A stretch of 64,000 nucleotides of DNA, from contig NIVC01000219.1 in assembly GCA_002269645.1 (NCBI GenBank), positions 1 to 64,000 of the forward strand, read 5' to 3'. Positions 39,896 through 58,870 of the stretch are shown here, in pieces. The stretch is from Macrostomum lignano. Taxonomy: Eukaryota. The notes beneath the pieces were generated by a model. The model searched no databases and had not been told where the DNA came from. It was given only the letters and a program-made list of their open reading frames with translations. Position 1 is the stretch's first letter. Each line of letters starts with the position of its first letter. The position numbers and the translations under genes are program-made.

Positions 39896-40745
39896 CATAT
39901 GGGATTATGGATTTGGGATATGGGATTTAGGATATGGGATTATGGATTTGTAATATGGGATTATGGATTTGGGATATGGGATTTAGGATATGGGATATGG
40001 GATTTAAGATATATGGGATTATGGATTTGGGATATGGGATTTAGGATATGGGATTATGGATTTGTAATATGGGATTATGGATTTGGGATATGGGATTTAG
40101 GATATGGGATATGGGATTTAAGATATATGGGATTATGGATTTGGGATATGGGATATGGGATTTAAGATATACGGGATTATGGATTTGGGATATGGGATTT
40201 AAGATATATGGGGTTATGGATTTGGGATATGGGATTTAAGATATATGGGATTATGGATTTGGGATATGGGATTACGGATTTAGGATATGGGATTATGGAT
40301 TTGTAATATGGGATTATGGGTTTGGGATATGGGATTACGGATTTAGGATATGGGATTATGGATTTGGGATATGGGATTATGGATTTGGGATATGGGATTA
40401 CGGATTTAGGATATGGGATTTAGGATATGGGATTATGGATTTGGAATATGGGATTATGGATTTGGGATATGGGATTACGGATTTAGGATATGGGATTATG
40501 GACTTGGAATATGGGATTATGGATTTGGGATATGGGATTACGGATTTAGGATATGGAATTATGGATTTGTAATATGGGATTATGGATTTGGGATATGGGA
40601 TTATGGATTTGGGATATGGGATTACGGATTTAGGATATGGGATTATGGATTTGGAATATGGGATTATGGATTTGGGATATGGGATTATGGGATTTAAGAT
40701 ATATGGGATTATGGATTTGGGATATGGGATTATGGGATTATAGAT
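39896..40745. repeat. 7/21-bp G/T-rich minisatellite downstream of the CtBP stop codon
   Basis: GGGATTATGGATTTGGGATAT-type units. Confidence 0.95.
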
Positions 40746-41891
40746 TTAGGATCTAGGATTGTATATCTACACTAACATACATGTAACATATCATTACGGA
40801 TTATTAGGATCTAGGATAGGGATCTATTTCTAGAGTCCCCACCCCTTTTTGTTGGGCCCTCGACGCCTAGACTTTTATTTTCCAATTTGTTCTCTAGCTG
40901 CATACTGCTGTGCTTGTACTCGACCTACATGTACTTACTGTAATCGTACAATGATCGAGAAAGTTTGAACTTTTCTCCCCGGCTTGACTTGGCTCTCTGA
41001 CCCGACGAAATCAAAGCAAAGCTTTTTCCCTGGCGTTTAACAAACTTTCAAAGACTAGGTGTCGCAGTTGTTTTAATCCGGTTTTTTGCCGTCATGATCA
41101 TGTTTGTAAACATTTTCGCATTTTACATACGAGCGTAGAAAATGCATATTTATACTAGTATTAGTAGTACTATATGCTTATATAACTGGCACTAATTCGT
41201 AAGAGCTTGCCATCGCTAGAAGATCAATTCTTTAAATTTTTATGCAACAAAAATTAAACTATAGTCCTTCCCGATTCATACTACTCTCACCAGGCATAAT
41301 CAGTAGGCAAGTTTCGAAAGTTGCTAGACTTTTGCTTCTCAAAAAATTGATTGCGCAACAAACGTGCAAAATGAAGTGGCTGGTCATGGTGGCTTATTTA
41401 CTCATGTTTTATCTCTCTCTGCTGGGCACTGTGTTTAACCATATTAGCCCCGGTCCGTGCAAGTTTTTTTGGCTTTACATTTGATATTTTCTTTTGGCAT
41501 CAAGGCGTTCTGTATTCCTTTTCTCATTAATAGCTAGTTTAATCCAAGTTTCTTCATCGAATTTCAAAGTCAATGATTTGATTGAAAATCATAATGTCAC
41601 TATTCAGAATTTGAATAACAAAAATGAATACACGAATCAGTTTCAATGACTCCCAGTTTATGGCTTGTACGGTACTGATCAGGAAAGTACACTTTAAGCT
41701 CGATTTTTTTCCTAGCTTTCCTTTGCGTGACATGTACAATGCAAAATAAAAAAATTACAGATTGATTAACGGTTTGAGACAATGCAGTCAGTGTTTGTGC
41801 GCAGAGGGCTATATAGTACATGTACATTAAGCCCATCATATCATGTTGCTAGCTTATGCTGATTCTGCGCGACGCGGTGCGCTGCGCTGTT

Positions 41892-50439
<8,548 letters not shown>

Positions 50440-50814
50440 CCTGCATAAGACACTTCGTGAACGAAGAAAGGCTGGCGGGCGGAGACACAGCAGACTCAGA
50501 ATTTGAATAGACCCGTGCTCAGAGGAGCAGATATAGCCCAATCCCTTTCTGGCAGTTTAAACTTAACATCCAACTCAACACTGTGTCTGCTCTCGCTCCC
50601 CATTCTAACCAATGGGAGGCGAGCTCTTGTAGACAGATTTTGCCTCAGGGATAAAGGACTAAGGAGGGGGGGGGAGACTTCCCCTTTGATACACCAAGGA
50701 GACCTAAAGATCGAAATCTGGAACAGTGTAGCAACTCTTTCTCAATGCTCAACTCAGCTGCAGGCACAAGACAAGGTGAACTGAGGGCTGCTGATACTGC
50801 AAACCCACTGCGAC

Positions 50815-52250
50815 AGTAGATTGGAGACAGGGAGAGAAGTAGGTTAAGGACAGATTGAGAGAAGTAGGTTAAGGACACAGTGAGAGAAGTAGGTTAAGGA
50901 CACAGTGAGAGAAGTAGGTTAAGGACACAGTGAGAGAAGTAGGTTAAGGAGACAGAGAGAGAAGTAGGTTAAGGAGACAGAGAGAGAAGTAGGTTAATGA
51001 CACAGAGAGAGAAGTAGGTTAAGGAGACAGAGAGAGAAGTAGGTTAAGGACACAATGAGAGAAGTAGGTTAAGGACACAGTGAGAGAAGTAGGTTAAGGA
51101 CACAGTGAGAGAAGTAGGTTAAGGACACAGAGAGAGAAGTAGGTTAAGGACACAGTGTGAGAATTATGTTAAGGACACAAGTGAGAGAATTATGTTAAGG
51201 ACACAGTGTGAGAATTAGGTTAAGGACACAGTGAGAGAAGTAGGTTAAGGACACAGTGAGAGAAGTAGGTTAAGGACACAATGAGAGAAGTAGGTTAAGG
51301 ACACAGTGAGAGAAGTAGGTTAAGGACAGTGTGGGAAGTAGGTTAAGGACACAGTGTGAGAAGTAGGTTAAGGACACAGTGTGAGAATTATGTTAAGGAC
51401 ACAAGTGAGAGAATTATGTTAAGGACACAGTGAGAGAATTATGTTAAGGACACAAGTGAGAGAATTATGTTAAGGACACAGTGTGAGAATTAGGTTAAGG
51501 ACACAGTGAGAGAAGTAGGTTAAGGACACAGTGAGAGAAGTAGGTTAAGGACACAGTGTGAGAAGTAGGTTAAGGACACAGTGTGAGAATTATGTTAAGG
51601 ACACAAGTGAGAGAATTATGTTAAGGACACAGTGTGAGAAGTAGGTTAAGGACACAGTGTGAGAATTATGTTAAGGACACAGTGTGAGAATTATGTTAAG
51701 GACACAGTGTGAGAAGTAGGTTAAGGACACAGTGTGAGAATTATGTTAAGGACACAAGTGAGAGAATTATGTTAAGGACACAGTGAGAGAATTATGTTAA
51801 GGACACAGTGTGAGAATTATGTTAAGGACACAGTGTGAGAAGTAGGTTAAGGACACAGTGTGAGAATTATGTTAAGGACACAAGTGAGAGAATTATGTTA
51901 AGGACACAGTGAGAGAAGTAGGTTAAGGACACAGTGAGAGAAGTAGGTTAAGGACACAGTGAGAGAAGTAGATTAAGGACACATTGAGAGAAGTAGGTTA
52001 AGGACACAGTGTGAGAAGTAGGTTAAGGACACAGTGAGAGAAGTAGGTTAAGGACACAGTGAGAGAAGTAGGTTAAGGACACAGTGAGAGAAGTAGATTA
52101 AGGACACAGTGAGAGAAGTAGGTTAAGGACACAATGAGAGAAGTAGGTTAAGGACACAGTGTGAGAATTATGTTAAGGACACAGTGTGAGAATTATGTTA
52201 AGGACACAGTGTGAGAATTATGTTAAGGACACAGTGTGAGAATTATGTTC
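50815..52250. repeat. 25-bp minisatellite
   Basis: Unit GAGAAGTAGGTTAAGGACACAGTGA, with variant GAGAATTATGTTAAGG. Confidence 0.96.
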
Positions 52251-52749
52251 TATGTTATTATACAGAGGTAGAAATCTGCAGCACTAGCTAGAGGAGAATT
52301 CGCTCAATTGTTGTCGGCCAGGAAGGCTCTGGTACACGGCTCCGATTGTGTATTGTGTGAATACAGAGAGAGGGGGGGAGGGATGGCCTCCTGCTTTTCT
52401 GCGTTGCTTTTTGACTCTCTTCTAGAAGGGAACAGAGAGGCTGCTGCATATTGCTGTGAGCTAGCTACAGAACAAACCCCCCTTCCGATCAGAGAGGCGA
52501 GGCCTGTGTGTGCTCTAAACCCCCTCCCCTTCTCCCATCTCTTTTTCTGCTTCTCTTGAGAAATTCTGCAGCCGGGGCTCATCCTCAGCCTCTTGTGTTC
52601 AACTCGTGTGATTCTAAATCTATACTAAATGCAACTTTTCAATGGGATCTGTACACGTGTACAATGTCTTCTATATTGCTTGCAGATCGGATAAATGATT
52701 TGGCGCCTAATTCAGTAGTAGAGTTGTTGCCTAATTCACTATAGTTTTA

Positions 52750-53110
52750 TCGCCTAATTCAGTAGAGTTACCGCCTAATTCAGTAGAGTTATCGCCTAAT
52801 TCAGTAGAGTTATCGCCTAATTCAGTAGAGTTATCGCCTAATTCAGTAGAGTTACCGCCTAATTCAGTAGAGTTACCGCCTAATTCAGTAGAGTTATCGC
52901 CTGATTCAGTAGTAAAGTTATCGTCTAATTAAGTAGAATCATCGCTTAATTCAGTAGAGTTATCGTCTAATTTAGTAGAATCATCGCTTAATTCAGTAGA
53001 GTTATCGTCTAATTTAGTAGAATCATCGCTTAATTCAGTAGAGTTATCGTCTAATTTAGTAGAATCATCGCCTAATTCAGTAGAGTTATCGCCTAATCCA
53101 GCAGAGTTAT
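52750..53110. repeat. 21-bp minisatellite
   Basis: Unit GCCTAATTCAGTAGAGTTATC. Confidence 0.93.
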
Positions 53111-53529
53111 CGTGGCATTTCCCTCCCCTCCCCGACCCGTTACTGCTTTTTTGATGTCGCCTCTCTCGACTCTGCTGGAAGTCGTGATTTTCTTCGCCGA
53201 AGCGACATCATTCTGGCACGTGTCACTCAAGAAGAGCTGCTCCTTATATTTACCTGTTCCAGTCTCCCCTCCCCCATCACGGCAGTTTCTCACTAAGACG
53301 CCTGCTTTTAGGAGAAGTTGGAGAGCATGAACTCAATTGGAGAGCATGAACTCAATTAGTGGCCCACGAGAAGGGAAGCAGAGGTAAAGAGAGCGGCCAT
53401 ACGCAAAATAGTCGTCGTCTAAATTTGAATATTCAAGACAGAAGTTAACTCTGTACTTTTTATCAAACTGCGCATTTTTACCTTGAACACCAACCAAGGT
53501 ACACCAACCAACCGACTCCGTAGCGCGGT

Positions 53530-54135
53530 TAGGCGCCTGTTGCTCCCAGTCCCTGCAACTCCAACTATTTCCTGTCCTCAGGCTGGTCGAGGTGGCATCG
53601 AGCGTCGGCTGAAGATCCGAGGTGCTGGCTGTGCCGGCCGACATCCTAACGGACCTGACGTGCCGCGGCGCAGACAGGAGACGACCAGGCTCGCACGCTG
53701 CCAGCGGTTCACCTACCTCGGCGGTCTGGTGCCCCACGTGGAGGAGGACCTCCGGCGGCGCAGAGGACTCGTCTGGGCGGCGTAGCTTCCGTTCGATCCG
53801 AGCCTTTCGAGCTGACGAGGGCGTCGGGACCGAGGCCCTGTACGATCGGGCCAAGCTGCAGCGCCCGTCCACCACCCTGCGCCGGCGGCGACTCCAACTG
53901 GCGGGCCACGTGATCCGGGCCGAGGGCTACTGCCCCCAACCTGTTCAGGACGTCCTGCTGCTCACCTTGCAGGGCCCGTTTAGGCGGGGTCAGGCCCGAA
54001 CCCGTCGATGCGTGGACTGCCTGCTGTGCGACGCTGGGGCGCCCGACACTGCCAACGGAGCGAACTTTGTCGGCTCTCAGGCTGCTGCAGCGCGCTAACT
54101 GTGAACCTGCATGCGGGCCTGCGTACTTTGGTGTT
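53530..54135 (+). mobile_element. RTE-like LINE remnant with an internal deletion (third family copy)
   Basis: [44 protein letters not shown] joins directly to FRADEGVGTEALYDRAKLQRPSTTLRRRRLQLAGHVIRAEGYCPQPVQDVLLLTLQGPFRRGQARTRR; nearly collinear with 12532-13205, including the 3' end. Confidence 0.87.
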
Positions 54136-54634
54136 GTCTATGGCGGAACCTCATTCAGTTCTATGCGTTTTCTTTAGTAGAGAGCATACTAAATTCACTG
54201 GCTATACGACAAATATGACATTCCTCTCCGGCCTCCAACTCATTTTTAAGAAACTCGAGTGTAAACCTCCTTCTACTTCAGCTATCCATTATTACATTAT
54301 CCCTGCAATATAATTAGAGCTGTCGGAATAAAAGTGCAGACACGTTTTACCTGCTTGCCGATATGGAGTTATCCATAATTGGGACTACAAGCTGACGGAA
54401 GACAATGCGAGTTTCGGCAAACAGAAATTTAGAAAGCACTTCGCTGCTGTTAGCAATATCGGCAATGTTAGCAATATCTCCGTATTTTAAGCAGGTAATT
54501 TCTATTCTATTTGAGAAACTATTATGTACTGTAAAAGATAAAGTAGCCATGACACTTGATTGGAGGAGAGACGTTGGTTAAAAAAGAGGTAGATAGGGTA
54601 GAGGGCGAGAAGTAGACCAAAACGAAGAATAAAG

Positions 54635-54945
54635 GTAGACTAGCTAGAATGAGAGAAGTGGATAAGGTAGACTAGCTAGAATGAGAGAAGTGGATAAGGT
54701 AGACTAGCTAGAATGAGAGAAGTGGATAAGGTAGACTAGCTAGAATGAGAGAACTAGATAAGGTAGACTAGCTAGAATGAGAGAAGTAGATAAGGTAGAC
54801 TAGCTAGAATGAGAGAAGTAGATAAGGTAGACTAGCTAGAATAAGAGAAGTGGATAAGGTAGACTAGCTAGAATGAGAGAAGTGGATAAGGTAGACTAGC
54901 TAGAATGAGAGAAGTGGATAAGGTAGACTAGCTAGAATGAGAGAA
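54635..54945. repeat. 32-bp minisatellite
   Basis: Unit GGTAGACTAGCTAGAATGAGAGAAGTGGATAA. Confidence 0.95.
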
Positions 54946-55290
54946 GCATATCAGATGTAGGATGGGTTGGCTATAGGGAGAGGTAGGTAAACAACAAAAT
55001 CCATACAATATCATATTTATAGTAAATTGTACTTAGAAGAAATTTACTCCAACAAAGAAACGAAAAAAAGAACCGCCTCACTAAAATTTTCCGGAATAGT
55101 GATTGTAATACAACAGTTTATTAACGTTCTTATTTTTTCAATTGGTTTTTGAATAAAGTTTTAATAGAAAAAAGTCGACCTTCACAATAAAATAAAATAA
55201 TATCTGTTGAGTGTTGGGCATGGAAAAGTCTGTACAGGCCCCAGTGTCCAGGTCCCTTCACCCTAGGAGTTCGGAGTAATCAAGGCGAGC

Positions 55291-56154
55291 TCACTCGTAC
55301 ACAAACTGGATTTCGGAGCCGGACATCCGCTCGGCAATCGCCTTGTCCAACTCTTCGTTGTCGGCCACAGTCAGGTGATTTTTCCAATCGCCGATCTCGC
55401 CCCGACGAATGAAACTGACGCCGGCCTTCCAGCCGTCGGTCTCGCCACCGCGACTGACGTTCACGTTCGGGTTGTCTCGCATCGCCTGGAAGCTGGTGGC
55501 CTCCAGCGTGTCTTTCAACAGCTGGTCGGTCAGCTCTACGCCGATGAAGTCGGCAAGGCGGCGGACCTGGGTGGCCTTGTCGACGAGAAGGTCCTCGTAG
55601 AACAGCACCAGCACCCGGGGGTGGTCGCGCAGGGCCCACCAGCCCAGGTTGAAGTCGAAGTAGTCCGGCTGCCCGTGCTTCGCCGGCTGGTAGACCATGG
55701 CCCGCCAGAAGTCCTCGAACTTGCTGGGCACCTGCTCCGAGAAGGTCTTGGTGCCGTGAAAGTGGTGATACTTGGACACTAAGACGTCTTTAGGATTGCG
55801 AATCACGATGACATTCTTTGGCCCGCCGCCTGCCTGCTTGAGGTGCCGCCTGTGGTACTTGGCTGGCAGGTGGGTCTTGAGCACCCGGGGGCTCGGCATG
55901 GCCCGGGCCTGCTCAAGCGGGTCGGCTCCGCCCGGCGGTCGGAAGTCGATGAAAGGCGACCGGACGGCCTGGTCGGTGGCGCGGGTCTTCTCCACTCCGT
56001 ACAGCAGGCAGGACACGATCTCCTGGGCCAGGGTGGTGCCGGATTTGTGATAAGTCGACACCAGCACATCGTCGTCAAAGAACTGGAAGCTTTCGGAGAA
56101 TTCTCGAACCGTCGGATCGGTTGCTAGGCGAGGAGCGACGCAGTACTGGGACAT
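55291..56154 (-). CDS. Cytosolic sulfotransferase (SULT1-like fold), single coding exon, 287 aa
   Basis: Likely start MSQYCVAP at 56154. 5'-PSB loop STYHKSGTT, catalytic His in LKTHLP, 3'-PB RNPKDVLVS and C-terminal RRGEIGDWKNHLT. Confidence 0.93.
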   Translation of the reverse strand: MSQYCVAPRLATDPTVREFSESFQFFDDDVLVSTYHKSGTTLAQEIVSCLLYGVEKTRATDQAVRSPFIDFRPPGGADPLEQARAMPSPRVLKTHLPAKYHRRHLKQAGGGPKNVIVIRNPKDVLVSKYHHFHGTKTFSEQVPSKFEDFWRAMVYQPAKHGQPDYFDFNLGWWALRDHPRVLVLFYEDLLVDKATQVRRLADFIGVELTDQLLKDTLEATSFQAMRDNPNVNVSRGGETDGWKAGVSFIRRGEIGDWKNHLTVADNEELDKAIAERMSGSEIQFVYE

Positions 56155-56589
56155 TGCGGCGGCTCTGGGTGTTGGATTCAAGGGTAAAAATGTGCGAAAC
56201 CCAATGAGCAAAAAGTGGCGAAAATTTGGTTGAGAATGCGCCCGCCTTTTTATAGAAATCTGTTATCAAAGTACAGCGAAGTATCCACAGGGTGGCAGCG
56301 TGTTCTGAGCGCAGTGCTTGGCGAAACGCGCGGGTCCAATAGGTCGTATCGGCTGCCCGATATCAGGCTTATTACTTGGCTTCTTTTGAAATTTCTCGCC
56401 GCACCCAGCTAAGAGATCAACAGAAAATGATAAGAAATTTCAGCGAAGTGATGTTCTTTTAACTGTCTAAAGCTTCTGCTAAGCCCTACGTAGAGCCACC
56501 TACGTTGCGACTTCGAAAAATTTTGCCTATTATAGATTTCAACTCGCCAAGTCACGTGATGTTTGTTAAAGTGACGCGTTTTTATGTTT

Positions 56590-56710
56590 GACTTACTTTA
56601 CTTGGACTTAGCTCGTAGCTGCAGGGGGCTCCGCGCATCCGGAGGCAGCGAGTAGGCGTTGCCACCAATTTTGCTAAGCCCTGGCCACCACAGGCACATT
56701 GTTTCTAAGA
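56590..56710 (-). mobile_element. Possible extreme 3' end of another RTE-type LINE
   Basis: The minus strand ends ..GCTAAGTCCAAGTAAAGTAAGTC, resembling the TAAG-type tails of RTE elements, after a short GC-rich stretch. Confidence 0.3.
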
Positions 56711-56754
56711 CAGCCTTTTAATTGATTCTTCGTGACAGCAGTATTAGACGGATC

Positions 56755-57352
56755 AGAGAGATCAGGGATATTAGATAGAGATCAGAGAGAGATCAGAGAG
56801 AGATCAGACAGAGATCAGAGAGAGAGAGAGATCAGAGAGAGATCAGACAGAGATCAGAGAGAGATCAGAGAGAGATCAGAGAGAGATCAGAGAGAGATCA
56901 GAGAGAGATCAGACAGAGATCAGAGAGAGAGAGATCAGAGAGAGATCAGAGAGAGATCAGAGAGAGATCAGAGAGAGATCAGAGAGAGATCAGAGAGAGA
57001 GATCAGAGAGAGATCAGAGAGAGATCAGAGAGAGATCAGAGAGAAATCAGAGAGAGATCAGAGAGAGATCAGAGAGAGATCAGAGAGAGATCAGAGATCA
57101 GAGGGACATCAGAGAGAGATCAGAGAGAGATCAGAGAGAGACCAGAGAGAGAGCAGAGAGAGATCAGAGAGAGATCAGAGATCAGAGGGACATCAGAGAG
57201 AGATCAGAGAGAGACCAGAGAGAGAGCAGAGAGAGATCAGAGAGAGATCAGAGATCAGAGGGACATCAGAGAGAGATCAGAGAGAGACCAGAGAGAGACC
57301 AGAGAGAGAGCAGAGAGAGACCAGAGAGAGATCAGAGAGAGATCAGAGAGAT
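56755..57352. repeat. 11-bp GA-rich minisatellite
   Basis: (AGAGAGAGATC)n with GACC and GGGAC variants. Confidence 0.96.
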
Positions 57353-58279
57353 AATACAGAGCAATTTCCAGAAAAGTTCGAAAACAGCTGAGCTACATGT
57401 AGTTTTACAGGAACTGCTGATTTTGTTAGAATTGGCTGAATTCAGTTAAAAAAATCGCCAAGAATTAACAAGCTAAAAACTTCTCTTATCGCATGAGCCA
57501 TCAAATACAGTATATAAAAAGATAAAAGCAACAGATTAAAGAAGTAAAAGTGCTCATTGAAGCTTCTCTGGCACTGACTGGTGCGAGGCGCTTATCTTAG
57601 TCACTGTGCTGTAAACTGTGCAGTGAGTTTATTAGCAGAACTGATCGAGTCAATTGCAATTGCAACGTTTGCCATACGTTTTTCCACTATACTAAGAATT
57701 TGTTATTTGAAAACTTGATTCGCTTTGCTAGTTACATGTATATACATCCCGAGAGTAGAATTCATGGGACTTATTGCATTGGAAGATGGATTGCGAGGAA
57801 AGCTACCTACAGCCGAAGATGCGAATCTGTTTGGGAGCTCATCGGGACGGGAGTCTGCTTCACCAACCAGAGAACCTTTACAGCAGGGGATCATTTTTGA
57901 CTGACGGAAATATGCAGAGTCTAGGCTACTATGAGTGGTATGAGGGAACGTGAACAACTCTATGGTTTCCAAAGTCTAAGGTGTCCTATGTACATTGTGA
58001 AATTTGCAACCTTTCCGACGCCATCTCTGTCACTCACACTCCCGCACTCACAGCGCTGCTGGGCACCTCCTGTTCAAAGCTTTTCCTATAGCTTAGCAAG
58101 TCAGTAACATTGAGATGAAGAAAATGAATAATAGAGGATTGAATTATACGTGCAATCATCTGAACAACCTGCAACAACAACCCAGCAAAATACGCCTCGT
58201 GCCCGTGGCCACAGAGGAGGGGGTGTCGGAACACACGCCTTTGAGCCGTACCTCTTAAAAATTCAGCTCCTTCAGTCAG

Positions 58280-58495
58280 AGTCAGAACGGGGGGGCTCTC
58301 GCATCCCTCAGAAGCAGCTCGGGGTAGCGCGTCGTTCGCCCTTGGCCTCGTCTTGGTCCCTGTGCCGTCCACAAACAGCAGGTCGTGTAGTGGCTCCGCA
58401 GCACCGCGAGTGCACCGAGCGTAAGGAGGCTCAAGCCAGCCCGCGTCTCCATCTCATGTCGCTGGCGATGTTCGGCACGAGCCCGCCGAGACACA
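58280..58495 (-). mobile_element. Highly diverged, internally deleted relative of the RTE-like family
   Basis: The minus strand gives LGGLVPNIASDMRWRRGLA*ASLRSV, then with a frameshift ..WTAQGPRRGQGRTTRYPELLLRDA, paralleling LGGLVPHVEEDLRRRRGLAWAAFRSI and LTLQGPFRRGQARTRR..LLCDA. Confidence 0.6.
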
Positions 58496-58660
58496 CAAAA
58501 TGACAGGGAACGTACATTGTACTGCGGTTAATATATTCGCTGTTGATTAAAAAAAGGTGAAAACAATAAACGCAGACTCGCGTCTCTGACAATAAGCAAA
58601 GTGCAAACAGACCCAAAAGTAAGTAAAAGAATAATTATAGACAGGAGAGAGGGAGAGAGG

Positions 58661-58692
<32 letters not shown>

Positions 58693-58841
58693 AAGAGCCG
58701 ATGCTGAGTCAAGCTGATGCTGCATGGTTTTGTCCTCAGGTCGTAGATGACGCTGCCTGGCCCCCAGAGATCGGAGTCTGAGTAGTTCGAAGTGAGCTCC
58801 GTGATGCTCTCTAAAGTTGTTGCCATGACTCCCTCTCCCTG

Positions 58842-58870
58842 ATTGGCCACCGGTCTTCTGACGTCATTGG
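58842..58870. promoter_or_regulatory. CCAAT-CRE-CCAAT motif cluster
   Basis: ATTGG at 58842, palindrome TGACGTCA at 58859-58866, ATTGG at 58866. Confidence 0.35.
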
